From IMG/VR virus record IMGVR_UViG_3300037054_000148, positions 249,598 through 313,597 of that record: DNA of 64,000 bases; one strand, given 5' to 3'. The position numbers and the translations under genes were made by a program. Shown here one piece after another: positions 1 to 8,954 of the stretch (position 1 is its first letter; each line of letters begins with the position of its first letter). The notes beneath the pieces are model-generated. The model saw only the letters and a program-made list of their open reading frames with translations, was not told where the DNA came from and ran no database searches.

Positions 1-3
1 TTT

Positions 4-756
4 ATGCTCAAATTGCAACACGCTTTTGGGGCTGGTGGAGGGGAACTTCGAATTGCTTCTTGTAATGAAGTCTTACCTCATGGACCCCACATCTTCAAGA
101 ATGAAGTGATTGGTGGGGCCAAGTGGGACTGGTTCCAGATGGGTGGTCGGTGGACTGGCTTCTTCAAGCTGAAGGAAGCGGTCGCTCATATCGGTGGGGT
201 GCTGGGCACTCCTGGCCTGATGACTCCTGAAGCTGAAGCTGGACATGCGGATCAACTGATAGCCGGGGATGTGGATTTCGAAGGAATGCGAACCCAGGCT
301 GCGGTCAAGGCGTTCCAGCAGTATGAGGATGTGGCCCATGCGTTCGGCGGAGAGATCCCCAAGATCGAACGCCTCTGGAAAGAAGTGGTCGAGGACCAGA
401 CCATCGGTGATATCCAAGCCCGAAGGGACTTCTACCATGCTCAGCCTGCCCTGGTAAGGCTGAGCATGGTAGAAGTCCAGGATGCCAAGGCCATGCCGGA
501 GTCGGTGGATCGTTTCTTCTTCGATCTGGAAGAGTTCCAGTGCGACGAAGAAGCTTACGTCGAACGGGCCAAGAACTCTGCCTGTGTGCCCTTCGCCTTC
601 GTGAAAGAGGGGCAGTGGTATGAGAGGGGCCGGATGGGCTGGTGGGCCTGTGTGAGCAACGAGAAGGACCGTGACGAGTGGAACCGTCAGTTCAACAAGA
701 TGATGGACGAACTTCCGGCCAACACGCTCCTGACCCTGGTTGATTGCCACATCTGA
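4..756 (+). CDS. Phage hypothetical protein (probably 5'-truncated by window edge)
   Basis: 250-aa ORF with coding-like GC3 bias; AKWDWFQMGGRW and C-terminal LTLVDCHI motifs resemble a common phage hypothetical family. Confidence 0.75.
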   Translation: MLKLQHAFGAGGGELRIASCNEVLPHGPHIFKNEVIGGAKWDWFQMGGRWTGFFKLKEAVAHIGGVLGTPGLMTPEAEAGHADQLIAGDVDFEGMRTQAAVKAFQQYEDVAHAFGGEIPKIERLWKEVVEDQTIGDIQARRDFYHAQPALVRLSMVEVQDAKAMPESVDRFFFDLEEFQCDEEAYVERAKNSACVPFAFVKEGQWYERGRMGWWACVSNEKDRDEWNRQFNKMMDELPANTLLTLVDCHI

Positions 757-1100
757 TGGGAACCTACTACGTCAGAGATCGGCATAACGACACGCTGGTG
801 GACATCGAGGTCTCTCAGAAGGATGGGATCGTCCTGGATGTCTCCAGCGATGTGGACCTTCGAATGTATACGCAGATTCTCCTAACCGAACCATGGGGGA
901 ACCTGACCGACCAGATTCGCTACATTGAACAAATGTGCGGCTGGAGCGAGTTCCGAGGCTACTGGTGGGAGTCGTTCGTCATGCCCAAGGGTAAAGACTT
1001 CGTGCCTACGGCTGATGATATGGATCAAATGATCCGTTTGCTCGTAGCCGAACTGGCTGATCTGATCCCCAGCCGAGGCTTCTGCATCGTCACCGACTGA
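744..1100 (+). CDS. Hypothetical protein
   Basis: ORF; likely start at ATG 756 coupled to upstream TGA (TGATG). Confidence 0.65.
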   Translation: MPHLMGTYYVRDRHNDTLVDIEVSQKDGIVLDVSSDVDLRMYTQILLTEPWGNLTDQIRYIEQMCGWSEFRGYWWESFVMPKGKDFVPTADDMDQMIRLLVAELADLIPSRGFCIVTD

Positions 1101-1124
1101 GTAATAACCCTATAAGGAGAAAGA

Positions 1125-1649
1125 ATGCTTTTTTATCTAATTATCGTCGCCTACATCGTTTGGATCTGCGTGGCTTTCTACAAAGCTCACACTGGGGAGT
1201 GGGATGATGGATCTGGGGTAATGACCCTTTTGTTTGGAGGAATGCTGACCGGTTTGCTAACCCTCATGGTTGCGGCAATCTTCAGCAGCAGCACGACTAA
1301 AGAGGTGACTCGGCATAACGTCTGTCCCATCGTATCCTTACGAGGCGCTTCTGAGGTAAGCGGGATCTTCGTTTTGGGCTGTGGCCACATCGGAACGGAT
1401 GAGAAATACTATTTCATGTATGATCTGGGCAACCAAACCTACCGGAGGGGTCAGATCAATACGTGGGAGACGCTGGTCAGGGAGACGGCTGCGGAGAAGC
1501 CTAACTTTTCCTACGATGAGACGCTGGAGACCAATCGGAAGTGCTACAAGTGGTGGCCCCAATGGTATGTTCAGGAGACCGCTCGAAACGAGAATTTCTT
1601 CCTCAACGTCCCTCCCGGCACGATTATTCAAAAGTTCGAGGTGCAATAA
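1125..1649 (+). CDS. Membrane-anchored hypothetical protein
   Basis: AAGGAG RBS; two N-terminal hydrophobic segments. Confidence 0.75.
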   Translation: MLFYLIIVAYIVWICVAFYKAHTGEWDDGSGVMTLLFGGMLTGLLTLMVAAIFSSSTTKEVTRHNVCPIVSLRGASEVSGIFVLGCGHIGTDEKYYFMYDLGNQTYRRGQINTWETLVRETAAEKPNFSYDETLETNRKCYKWWPQWYVQETARNENFFLNVPPGTIIQKFEVQ

Positions 1650-1816
1650 TGGCTGAATCTAGATCCACTGATAAGCTGAAGCTCGTCACCGAGATGATAG
1701 ATCGGATGCCCAAAGATAAGCTGGCCAAGCTGAAAGCTTTCACCATAGACTGGCAGCAGGTAGGGATCATCGACCCCATCTACGCCCCCATTGTAAAAAT
1801 CGAGTTTTTCCCATAA
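1649..1816 (+). CDS. Small hypothetical protein
   Basis: TAATG coupling with upstream gene. Confidence 0.55.
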   Translation: MAESRSTDKLKLVTEMIDRMPKDKLAKLKAFTIDWQQVGIIDPIYAPIVKIEFFP

Positions 1817-1822
1817 GGAGAA

Positions 1823-2026
1823 GTGATGCAAGAAACCAGATACGAAGGTAATTTGGAGCAGAAGGTCTATTCGGGTAAGGATCAGGATGAGGTCAGGGAG
1901 AAGATGATCGCTGCCCTCCGACCCGGTGAGGAAGTGATTCGTCGTCGTGAACTCTCCTTGGCTGAAGTCCACGCATGGCATAAGCGTAACACTGACAATA
2001 ATAAGGCCAAACGGAAGAAGAAATGA
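1823..2026 (+). CDS. Small basic hypothetical protein
   Basis: AAGGAG RBS; ATGA overlap with next gene. Confidence 0.6.
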   Translation: MMQETRYEGNLEQKVYSGKDQDEVREKMIAALRPGEEVIRRRELSLAEVHAWHKRNTDNNKAKRKKK

Positions 2027-2301
2027 ACATCTTTCAGTTACTCTTCGGAGGACATCCGAGAGGGCGGGTCACAATCCAACTGAGACGGGATACCAATGCT
2101 CGTTGGGTAGATGCAGACCCGATCTTGCTCGAAGGGGAGCCCAGCTATGTGACGGATACCAAGCGGGTGAAGGTGGGGGATGGAACCACACCTTGGAGCA
2201 AATTACCCTTCGTTGGCCTGATCGCACCGGAGGGGATAGTTCAGGGGGACTGGCAAGGACCGTGTAGCCGGATCATCGGATTCAAGGGAACAACTGAGTA
2301 G
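2023..2301 (+). CDS. Stand-alone Mtd_N / hyaluronidase N-terminal-like domain protein
   Basis: IQLRRDT..W...DPILLEGE..Y.TDT.R.KVGDG.T.W..LP motif typical of tail-fibre N-terminal domains. Confidence 0.8.
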   Translation: MNIFQLLFGGHPRGRVTIQLRRDTNARWVDADPILLEGEPSYVTDTKRVKVGDGTTPWSKLPFVGLIAPEGIVQGDWQGPCSRIIGFKGTTE

Positions 2302-2323
2302 TATACTTTAAAGGAGCAATATC

Positions 2324-2677
2324 ATGAATCCAGAAGCAGTGAAGCAAATTCTTGACACTATCCAGCAGGGCGGAACAGTCGCACTGAACGGCATCGCAGC
2401 CAATGCGGTGATGCAATCGTGGGGCAACATTGGTATGATGCTCTTCTTGGTTTTGGTCACTATTGGGGTCGGCTGGCTGGCCAAGTGGTTTATTCAGAAG
2501 ACCATGGCCTGCCACTCCTGTGACAACGAGGGCTGGATCGTCGGATCAGTGGTCGCTTCTGTTGCGACCATCATCCTATTCGTCTGCTCGTTGGTGCAGA
2601 TCAGCAACCTCCCCTCCGAGATCGCAACCATCCAGAACCCCCAGGCGGCGGCAATTCGAATCCTCATTGGGCGGTAA
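2324..2677 (+). CDS. Membrane protein (2 TM)
   Basis: AAGGAG RBS; two hydrophobic helices. Confidence 0.7.
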   Translation: MNPEAVKQILDTIQQGGTVALNGIAANAVMQSWGNIGMMLFLVLVTIGVGWLAKWFIQKTMACHSCDNEGWIVGSVVASVATIILFVCSLVQISNLPSEIATIQNPQAAAIRILIGR

Positions 2678-2678
2678 G

Positions 2679-3248
2679 ATGAAAGTCGCCACTACTGAAG
2701 ACTATGAGGATATGCCTGCGGGTTCATGTCTTCAAGAAGCCAAGCTCATAAACAAGGGAAGATTTTTTGTCGGGCTGTGGTGTAGTTATGGGGGAAGTTA
2801 TAGGGTGAAAGTTCCGGCTGAGATATGTAAGGAGTGGAAGGATCCGTTCGAAGAGCTATTTGAATATCTAGAACAGAATCCTCCTGAACCTGAGCCCACG
2901 GAAGAGCCAGAGGGATTGACTGGTGATGAACGCAATTGCCTCCTTGAAGAGATATTTAAAGCCTTGGAGATACAAGGAGTTGCCTATCCTGATGTGACGA
3001 TTACCACATTTCCTGATGATAAGGGGCCTACCATTGAGTTTGAAATAACGGTATGGCACTATGGTCAAGCGCACTCAATGACACTTAAAATAATGAAACG
3101 ACAACTTGTTGAAAGACGTTACGATATCCTCAAGCGTATGGCTCAAATCGCCGTAATGGACATGTTTCCGAAGATGCCACAGAAGGAATCCACACTTGAC
3201 AGATATTTCGAAGAACGGGAAAAGAAAGAGAGGAGAGAAAATGGATAA
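2679..3248 (+). CDS. Hypothetical protein
   Basis: ORF from ATG 2679 directly after upstream stop. Confidence 0.65.
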   Translation: MKVATTEDYEDMPAGSCLQEAKLINKGRFFVGLWCSYGGSYRVKVPAEICKEWKDPFEELFEYLEQNPPEPEPTEEPEGLTGDERNCLLEEIFKALEIQGVAYPDVTITTFPDDKGPTIEFEITVWHYGQAHSMTLKIMKRQLVERRYDILKRMAQIAVMDMFPKMPQKESTLDRYFEEREKKERRENG

Positions 3249-3492
3249 ATCAATTCTAGGGACTCATTACCATCGAATCCCAGAGCAGATCAACTGGGTC
3301 ATCAGCCCTCTGCCCCTCTATACGGCAGAGTGGGGCAGGCAACTGAGCATGACTCAGGGGGGACCGATGTGTATTCTTGGGTTTCACAAGTCCTCCATGG
3401 AACTGAAACACACCTACGGCCCATTCCCCACCCCAGAGGATATGGTGCGCTTTGCTAGAGAACATCACATTACCCTACCGGGTATGAACTAA
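3241..3492 (+). CDS. Hypothetical protein
   Basis: GAGGAG RBS, overlap with upstream gene. Confidence 0.6.
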   Translation: MDKSILGTHYHRIPEQINWVISPLPLYTAEWGRQLSMTQGGPMCILGFHKSSMELKHTYGPFPTPEDMVRFAREHHITLPGMN

Positions 3493-3502
3493 AGGAGGGA
3501 CA

Positions 3503-3868
3503 ATGACACAGATCGATCCATTTGCTGAATGGGTGGAAGCCTATATCAACTCGTTGCATTGAAGTTTCGGGACTTCTGACTACGAAAAAACTCTTGTAGC
3601 TGGTAATCTTCGGGGCATGGCCTCCTGGATCAACGCTAACCTCCTTAAGCCTGCGATGGAGCCCCGCCTCGTTTATGTAGTAGGGGACATGCTGCCGGGT
3701 GGCACATGGGGCTGTGCGGGAGTGTTTAGCACTGAAGAACAAGCCTGCCTGTGTTGCATCTATCACGACAACTACTTCGTTGGTCCGATCATGGGGGACA
3801 CGTTCCTTGAGACTGACGACGATTGGCCAGAGGCGTTCTACCCCGCAGAGGGGAAGCTCTACGACTAA
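3503..3868 (+). pseudogene. Hypothetical gene interrupted by one in-frame TGA (3560-3562)
   Basis: Strong RBS AAAGGAGG before ATG 3503; 19 codons, TGA, then same frame continues into ORF 3617-3868. Confidence 0.5.
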
Positions 3869-4305
3869 AGCGGACCACCCCTATCAAGCTCTTCGAAGGG
3901 GTCTCCCGGTTCTGTTTTGTAATAGGCTCGACGGAGGAATTGGTCATACACATTTGAGCAGTACATCTCAGATCTGATGGCCGGTTCCCCTTCGGGCCAT
4001 GGCCCTTTTATAACAAAAAGTGCGTAGTCTACCGCAGAATAAGGTTCTGTAGCGATAGTCGGCTCGGCCTCTGGCCATCTTCCCTTAATCACTTCATTTG
4101 CGTAAACCACCGAGTCATACGGATCTTTCATGATTGTAGGCTCACCCTTTGGCCATCTTCCCTTAACTACTCGTCTGGCGTATAGAAGGCTACCCCAGGG
4201 GCTACCCAGAACCTTGTTCATGAAGCTCTGAGGCAGCATATCATTCTGCGCTAGACAGATGATCATCTTCCAAGTAAAATGGGACCGGAGCCATGTAGTT
4301 GCCAT
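3865..4305 (-). CDS. WPE(A/G)E-repeat protein
   Basis: Three ~25-aa repeats YA..V.KG.WP..EP.I; same repeat in 47366-48088 and 54723-57470. Confidence 0.75.
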   Translation of the reverse strand: MATTWLRSHFTWKMIICLAQNDMLPQSFMNKVLGSPWGSLLYARRVVKGRWPKGEPTIMKDPYDSVVYANEVIKGRWPEAEPTIATEPYSAVDYALFVIKGPWPEGEPAIRSEMYCSNVYDQFLRRAYYKTEPGDPFEELDRGGPL

Positions 4306-4364
4306 TTAATCTTTGCCTCACCAAAGAATCCGGAAGTTCCAGTATTATGTATCAGGAGAAAATC

Positions 4365-4661
4365 ATGACCGAAGCGGAAGCAATCACCCTAGCTGATTCT
4401 AAGTTCTGGGAGACAATGACCATGCGGGAAAGGGCTGTTTTTCAGATATTCGAGAGTCGTCTATGTATGCCATTTAGTGTGTTCCACGAAGCTATGGAGG
4501 CCACTTTGGGCCGTCCGGTGTGGACGCATGAGTTTGGGTTGAATGCGGACGGCCTGAAGAAAGAGCTTCTTGGCACCGGCCCCGCTCCCACGTTCGAGGA
4601 GATCATGGACCTGATCCCTGCGGAGAAGCGCATCGTTGTCACCTTCGGTGATGATGTATGA
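4365..4661 (+). CDS. Hypothetical protein
   Basis: AGGAG RBS and upstream TATTAT; coding-like codon bias. Confidence 0.7.
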   Translation: MTEAEAITLADSKFWETMTMRERAVFQIFESRLCMPFSVFHEAMEATLGRPVWTHEFGLNADGLKKELLGTGPAPTFEEIMDLIPAEKRIVVTFGDDV

Positions 4662-4873
4662 CCCGCAGAGAGGGTGCAAAGCTCATAATCGAGCAGACCG
4701 AGCCAACCACATGCTTCTACTGCCACAAAGTGGCTGAACTCAGGCCCTATGGCCCTCAAGGGCAGTCCATTTGTTTTGATTGTGGGATGCACAATCCAGA
4801 AGAAACAGAGCGGCAATTTCTCAAATTACTGGAGGGCTGTAATGGGTTTTCTGACCCGACTGTTCGGGAGTGA
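4658..4873 (+). CDS. Small CxxC...CxxC zinc-finger protein
   Basis: CFYC...CFDC; ATGA overlap. Confidence 0.65.
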   Translation: MTRREGAKLIIEQTEPTTCFYCHKVAELRPYGPQGQSICFDCGMHNPEETERQFLKLLEGCNGFSDPTVRE

Positions 4874-5051
4874 AGGGGTGGTCCGTTATGAGGGGGAGTG
4901 CATGAATGGGCAAACCTTTAGGGGGAAGTGCTCCATCGAAGTCATCGGTATGGATTGGCCGGAGATTGAAGAGAGTATCAAGAACATGCTCTATGTAGAA
5001 AAAGGGCTTAGAATCCGATCCCTTCGGGTTACAGGTTTCTACGAAACTTGA
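4842..5051 (+). CDS. Hypothetical protein
   Basis: GGAGG RBS before ATG 4842. Confidence 0.6.
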   Translation: MGFLTRLFGSEGVVRYEGECMNGQTFRGKCSIEVIGMDWPEIEESIKNMLYVEKGLRIRSLRVTGFYET

Positions 5052-5075
5052 GTAATAACCACTGAGGAGTATCTC

Positions 5076-5345
5076 ATGACCCGACTGGCAACCGAAATTT
5101 CTAACAGCACGATGAGCGAGGATGGTATCCTTAGCTCCTCCATTGATATCGATGGGGTGACGTTGGAGATCAGAATCAAGGGCACTGAAGTGTCCTATCG
5201 GCACACCGAACTCTCCAACTGGAGTTCCTGGGAGCGAATTGATGAAGCTCTGAAGGGAATGCGAACCTGGGTCAGTTACCAGAAGGAAGCGGCTCAACAG
5301 ACCCGTGAAACCTACGACTCCTTACTGAAGTTGATCTCCCAGTGA
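5076..5345 (+). CDS. Hypothetical protein
   Basis: GAGGAG RBS after GAGTAATAA motif. Confidence 0.65.
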   Translation: MTRLATEISNSTMSEDGILSSSIDIDGVTLEIRIKGTEVSYRHTELSNWSSWERIDEALKGMRTWVSYQKEAAQQTRETYDSLLKLISQ

Positions 5346-5467
5346 GCTTACAGACTATCAGCAACCCCCTCTGCCTATTCACTTTTTGCACCCTCGTGGC
5401 CGCTGTTCCTTTGAGTATTTTCTGGGGAGTTACGGCCACACTTCATTATTTTAAAAGAAAGCACTAA
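5342..5467 (+). CDS. 41-aa single-TM microprotein (not in ORF track)
   Basis: GTGA overlap upstream and TAATG overlap downstream; hydrophobic core with basic C-terminus. Confidence 0.5.
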   Translation: MSLQTISNPLCLFTFCTLVAAVPLSIFWGVTATLHYFKRKH

Positions 5468-5748
5468 TGTCCGGACCCATACTTAAACTTGAACATTTTG
5501 TTCCGACTGAGGATGGGGGGCTTCAGATATGGATGTTTCGAAGTAAAAATCTGGAGCGATTGGCTAAGGAAGCTGGGCATCTATGTAGTAATGACCCTAC
5601 TTTACCAACCGGAGAGAGGATGTTATTTCAGTTCGCCGCAGATGTGAGGCTAGGAGATTTCTTGGCCTTTTGCACAGCTTTTGACACCACTTACTGGAGT
5701 CAACATGGTCCAAGGAGGTCCAATGCGAATCCCAATCGCACTACTTGA
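5467..5748 (+). CDS. Hypothetical protein
   Basis: TAATG-coupled ORF. Confidence 0.55.
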   Translation: MSGPILKLEHFVPTEDGGLQIWMFRSKNLERLAKEAGHLCSNDPTLPTGERMLFQFAADVRLGDFLAFCTAFDTTYWSQHGPRRSNANPNRTT

Positions 5749-5902
5749 AGCAGTTCTGAGAAGTAACGAAAACGCTGAAGGTGAATATTTTTCGTTGAGG
5801 GGCAACAGATTCGTCTGGGCTAAATCAGTCTGGGTGGATGTGGAGGGACGGGTTCATCGGGTCGTTGATGTAGAACTCAACCCAGAAGAGCCCCCTAGAT
5901 AA
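5723..5902 (+). CDS. Small hypothetical protein
   Basis: AAGGAGG RBS before ATG 5723. Confidence 0.55.
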   Translation: MRIPIALLEAVLRSNENAEGEYFSLRGNRFVWAKSVWVDVEGRVHRVVDVELNPEEPPR

Positions 5903-5910
5903 AACAAAAG

Positions 5911-5942
5911 TATACCCAAACTGCCCTGACTTAGGGTATAAT
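5911..5942 (+). promoter_or_regulatory. Putative sigma70-type early promoter
   Basis: GGG-TATAAT at 5934-5942 with upstream ACCCAAA, like other early promoters here. Confidence 0.5.
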
Positions 5943-5959
5943 AAGATATGGGGGATCGC

Positions 5960-6340
5960 ATGACCGACTACAACGTCTACGAAACCGATGCACTGAAGGC
6001 CCTGCTGGATGGAAAGCAGGCGAAACGTAACGACCTGGACTACGAGATCAAGCAGATCAGCACGATCCTCAACACCCGTCTGGCTCAGACCTACCGGTTC
6101 ATCCGGTTCACGGCGATGAAGCAGGGGCAGTTGGACTGCATCAAGACGCTGCGTAACGCTTCCTGTGCCCCAGGCGGGTGCTACATGGGGCTGAAGGAGG
6201 CCAAAGAATTGACCGATCAGCTTAAGGGCCAGTTCATCCGCCCGTTCACCGTGGAGTTCAGGCACCTCAGCGATATGCCGGAGGTCATCCAGGCCCTGCA
6301 CGAATGCTTCGAGTGTGTGCCGGTTGAGGGCGGGGAGTAA
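5960..6340 (+). CDS. Protein with ribosomal L7/L12 C-terminal-like motif
   Basis: CIKTLR...MGLKEAKELTD resembles the L7/L12 CTD motif IK.VR..TGLGLKEAKDLVE. Confidence 0.6.
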   Translation: MTDYNVYETDALKALLDGKQAKRNDLDYEIKQISTILNTRLAQTYRFIRFTAMKQGQLDCIKTLRNASCAPGGCYMGLKEAKELTDQLKGQFIRPFTVEFRHLSDMPEVIQALHECFECVPVEGGE

Positions 6341-6720
6341 TGTCCAACCCTGTGTTCTGCTTCGGATCCAATCTGGCAGGAAGGCACGGGGCTGGAGCAG
6401 CCCTGTACGCTGTCCGAACCCAAGGGGCTGTGTGGGGCTGTGGAATCGGCCACCATGGGGATAGCTATGCGATTCCGACCAAGGGCTGTCATCTGGAAGT
6501 GTTGGGTCTGGAGGAGATTGGGGATTACATCACCAACTTCCTCTCTTATGCGGCTCGTCATCCAGAACTGACATTCAATGTCACCCGGATTGGATGTGGT
6601 CTCGCAGGCTATGCGGATGACCAGATGGCCCCGCTGTTCTCACCCGTGGAAAACTGTTTCTACCCTACCGAATGGAAACCTTGGCTGGGAGAGGCGGCTC
6701 ACTATCACGATCTTCACTAA
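6340..6720 (+). CDS. A1S_2505-family phage protein (macrodomain-like)
   Basis: VFCFGSNLAGRHGAGAA, SYAIPTK, VTRIGCGLAGY motifs. Confidence 0.8.
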   Translation: MSNPVFCFGSNLAGRHGAGAALYAVRTQGAVWGCGIGHHGDSYAIPTKGCHLEVLGLEEIGDYITNFLSYAARHPELTFNVTRIGCGLAGYADDQMAPLFSPVENCFYPTEWKPWLGEAAHYHDLH

Positions 6721-6730
6721 AGGCCATCTT

Positions 6731-6847
6731 ATGTTCCCAAAAATTGTAGTAATCTGTGGCAGCAGTAGATTTGTCGATGTAATGTCGGTGATTAGCTGGT
6801 GGATCGAGCGAGACGAGGAAAGAATCACATCTGGAATGTTTGACTAG
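6731..6847 (+). pseudogene. Short, probably truncated gene fragment
   Basis: MFPKIVVICGSSRF resembles the N-terminus of a common phage family (ICGS.RF) but stops after 38 aa. Confidence 0.35.
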
Positions 6848-6891
6848 CCAATTCAGCCCAATCCTGGGTATCATAGGGTAAGGAGACAAGA

Positions 6892-7092
6892 ATGCAACCA
6901 ATTCAAATCAACGATTCTCGTCTGGGGTTCAAGACCCCATCCATGAGTGAACTGCTCCCGCCATATGCGGAGATCCCGAAGGAATTCAAGGATTTCAACG
7001 GTCGCAACAAATGGCTTCAGACGACTACCGACTGGTTCTTCTGTGGCCTGAAGGGGGCTCAATTTGACCCCTCCTCTTTTCTGGCCATATAG
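6892..7092 (+). CDS. Hypothetical protein, possibly C-terminally truncated
   Basis: AAGGAG RBS; LLPPY.EIP.EF..WFF.GL motif. Confidence 0.55.
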   Translation: MQPIQINDSRLGFKTPSMSELLPPYAEIPKEFKDFNGRNKWLQTTTDWFFCGLKGAQFDPSSFLAI

Positions 7093-7311
7093 CCTTCGCT
7101 GTAGCCAATATTCCGTGCATACTGACCTATGCGATTTTGGATCGAGAGCGGCACCTTCTGGAGCACATTATCGAACTCCATCGTATTGGAGATCAGGTGC
7201 GAGAGCAGTTTGATAAGTTCATTAAGTGTGAGGAAAGGGCCAAACAGATGGAGGCGGAGGCCAGAAACACTCCGTTGGTCTTTGATTTCAAATCCAAAGA
7301 ATAGCGATAGC

Positions 7312-7367
7312 AAAATTTCAGGCATATGGAGCCCTTAAGTAGACGGAGCCCATATGCCTGAAATTTT
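7312..7367. repeat. Perfect 18-bp inverted repeat (20-bp spacer) covering the ATG of 7354
   Basis: AAAATTTCAGGCATATGG (7312-7329) / CCATATGCCTGAAATTTT (7350-7367). Confidence 0.95.
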
Positions 7368-7569
7368 TCAATTAACTCTGAACCTGACCACCGCAGGGAC
7401 CGATCAGGCTCTAGCCCCCCAGGATATCGCTACGGTGCTGCAAAATGCCGCCAATTTGCTTCTGCAATACGGGTATCAGAATAACATCTTAGTGTATCAG
7501 AATATGGGAATGGTGGGTGATTATAAATTCAAGCCCTCTCCACCTCAAGGTAGCTCAGCACTAAACTAA
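7354..7569 (+). CDS. Small putative virion protein (paralogue A)
   Basis: GGAG RBS; similar to 7600-7812; late-type promoter motif upstream. Confidence 0.65.
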   Translation: MPEIFQLTLNLTTAGTDQALAPQDIATVLQNAANLLLQYGYQNNILVYQNMGMVGDYKFKPSPPQGSSALN

Positions 7570-7599
7570 GCTACCAAATTCTCAGATAGGAGACCACTC

Positions 7600-7812
7600 A
7601 TGTATACCAATTTCCAATTAAATATTTCACTCACGAACGCTGCCGGTTCAGATCTAACCACCACACAGGTGGCTGCAATTCTGACTGCCGCCGCCTCTAC
7701 GGTCAGCACCAACCTCTATACGAATGAGCCATTGATCTATTCCGGCCAGTTAGTAGGCCATTACTGCTGGCAGCCCACTGGATCGGCTGGGACTCCTGGA
7801 AATGGGGATTAA
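7600..7812 (+). CDS. Small putative virion protein (paralogue B)
   Basis: AGGAG RBS; shares FQL...LT.A, L..AA, L.Y, VG.Y with 7354-7569. Confidence 0.65.
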   Translation: MYTNFQLNISLTNAAGSDLTTTQVAAILTAAASTVSTNLYTNEPLIYSGQLVGHYCWQPTGSAGTPGNGD

Positions 7813-7821
7813 GGCCGTCTA

Positions 7822-8262
7822 ATGCGACTCAACGCCAAGTTGCTGTGTAAAACAGCCGATGAAGACACAAAAGAAAAACTTATCGAAAAAGATAAAAATG
7901 AAGATTATGGAATGGAGGCCATTTTTGACTTGCATAATATCCGTAGCGAGCTTATAACAGTTGAGAGAATTAGAAGGTTTGCTTCTGACCTGTGTGATAA
8001 AATATCTATGGAAAAAGGACCAGCGTTTACATGGGGGACAGACTCTAATAAAGACGAAATGAAGAACCCTAAAGCTATGGGGATATCCCACTTGCAGTTT
8101 GTACATAGTTCCTCTATTACCATGCACTGTTTAGATAAAATAGGTAAAGTTTTTATAAATATTTTTAGTTGTAAATCTTTTGACGACAAAATTGCCCGAG
8201 ATTTTGTAATTAAAACTTGGGGTGGTGATATTGTCTCTGAACATGTGATCACCAGAAAATGA
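7822..8262 (+). CDS. speD: S-adenosylmethionine decarboxylase-like pyruvoyl proenzyme
   Basis: YGMEAIFDL, GIS..QF..SSSITMH, FINIFSCKSFD motifs of the AdoMetDC family. Confidence 0.75.
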   Translation: MRLNAKLLCKTADEDTKEKLIEKDKNEDYGMEAIFDLHNIRSELITVERIRRFASDLCDKISMEKGPAFTWGTDSNKDEMKNPKAMGISHLQFVHSSSITMHCLDKIGKVFINIFSCKSFDDKIARDFVIKTWGGDIVSEHVITRK

Positions 8263-8954
8263 GTAAAGACCTACCTCATCCCACTTCTGGTGTTTATAGA
8301 ATAACTAACATTATAGATGGAAAGTTTTATATTGGGTCTTCTCAGAGTATACGAGTTAGATGGAATAGGCATAAACTTTACTTGGGAAGGGGGATTCACC
8401 CCAACCGCTATTTACAGAATGCCTGGAATCTTTATGGGGGGAGTTCATTTGAATTCTGTGTTATTACTTATTGCGAAGTTTCTTTATTAAAAGACAAAGA
8501 ACAGGAACTTTTAGACAAATATTGGGATAACTGTGAAAGTTGTTATAATATATCAAAAGATGCCACATGTCCAATGCGTGGGAGGCATTTAACTGAAGAA
8601 CAACTATATAGAATGCCATTAAGGTTAAAAGGGAGAAAACAGAGTGAGGAATGGGTAGCAAATAGTGCAAAATCTCGTAATGGTTTGAAGCGGTCTGCGG
8701 CTTTTTGTGAAGCTAACTCATTACGTCAAAAGGGAATGAAGCGGCCTACAAACCATTGCAATAGTATATCTAAAGCAACAACGGGCGAGAAAAACCCTAA
8801 TGCAAAAGTTACAGAAGAAATTGTAACAAGTATAAGAACTGATTATAGATTGGGAATGACATATAATCAGTTAAAAAACAAATATGACACTACTTATACT
8901 ATTGCTAGAAATATCTGTTTAAATATAACCTGGAGGGGGTCTGCACATGAATAA
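8259..8954 (+). CDS. Free-standing GIY-YIG homing endonuclease with NUMOD3-like repeats
   Basis: SGVYRITNIIDGKFYIGSS..IR.RW..H, H.NRYLQNAW, GEKNPNAK; AT-rich. Confidence 0.9.
   Translation: MSKDLPHPTSGVYRITNIIDGKFYIGSSQSIRVRWNRHKLYLGRGIHPNRYLQNAWNLYGGSSFEFCVITYCEVSLLKDKEQELLDKYWDNCESCYNISKDATCPMRGRHLTEEQLYRMPLRLKGRKQSEEWVANSAKSRNGLKRSAAFCEANSLRQKGMKRPTNHCNSISKATTGEKNPNAKVTEEIVTSIRTDYRLGMTYNQLKNKYDTTYTIARNICLNITWRGSAHE

Noticed and set aside
3885-3980. tRNA-Leu/Tyr-like fragments (GAGGAATTGGTCATACAC; CCCGGTTC)
   Set aside because: No T-arm 3' strand or acceptor pairing; lies inside the minus-strand repeat gene
7059-7367. Invertible switch between two divergent MPEI-starting ORFs
   Set aside because: The 20-bp spacer is very short for recombinase inversion, no recombinase is nearby, and the minus ORF start is a by-product of the inverted repeat with no RBS
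8259-8954. Group I intron housing the GIY-YIG gene
   Set aside because: The ORF overlaps both neighbours, which look complete, leaving no room for an intron core
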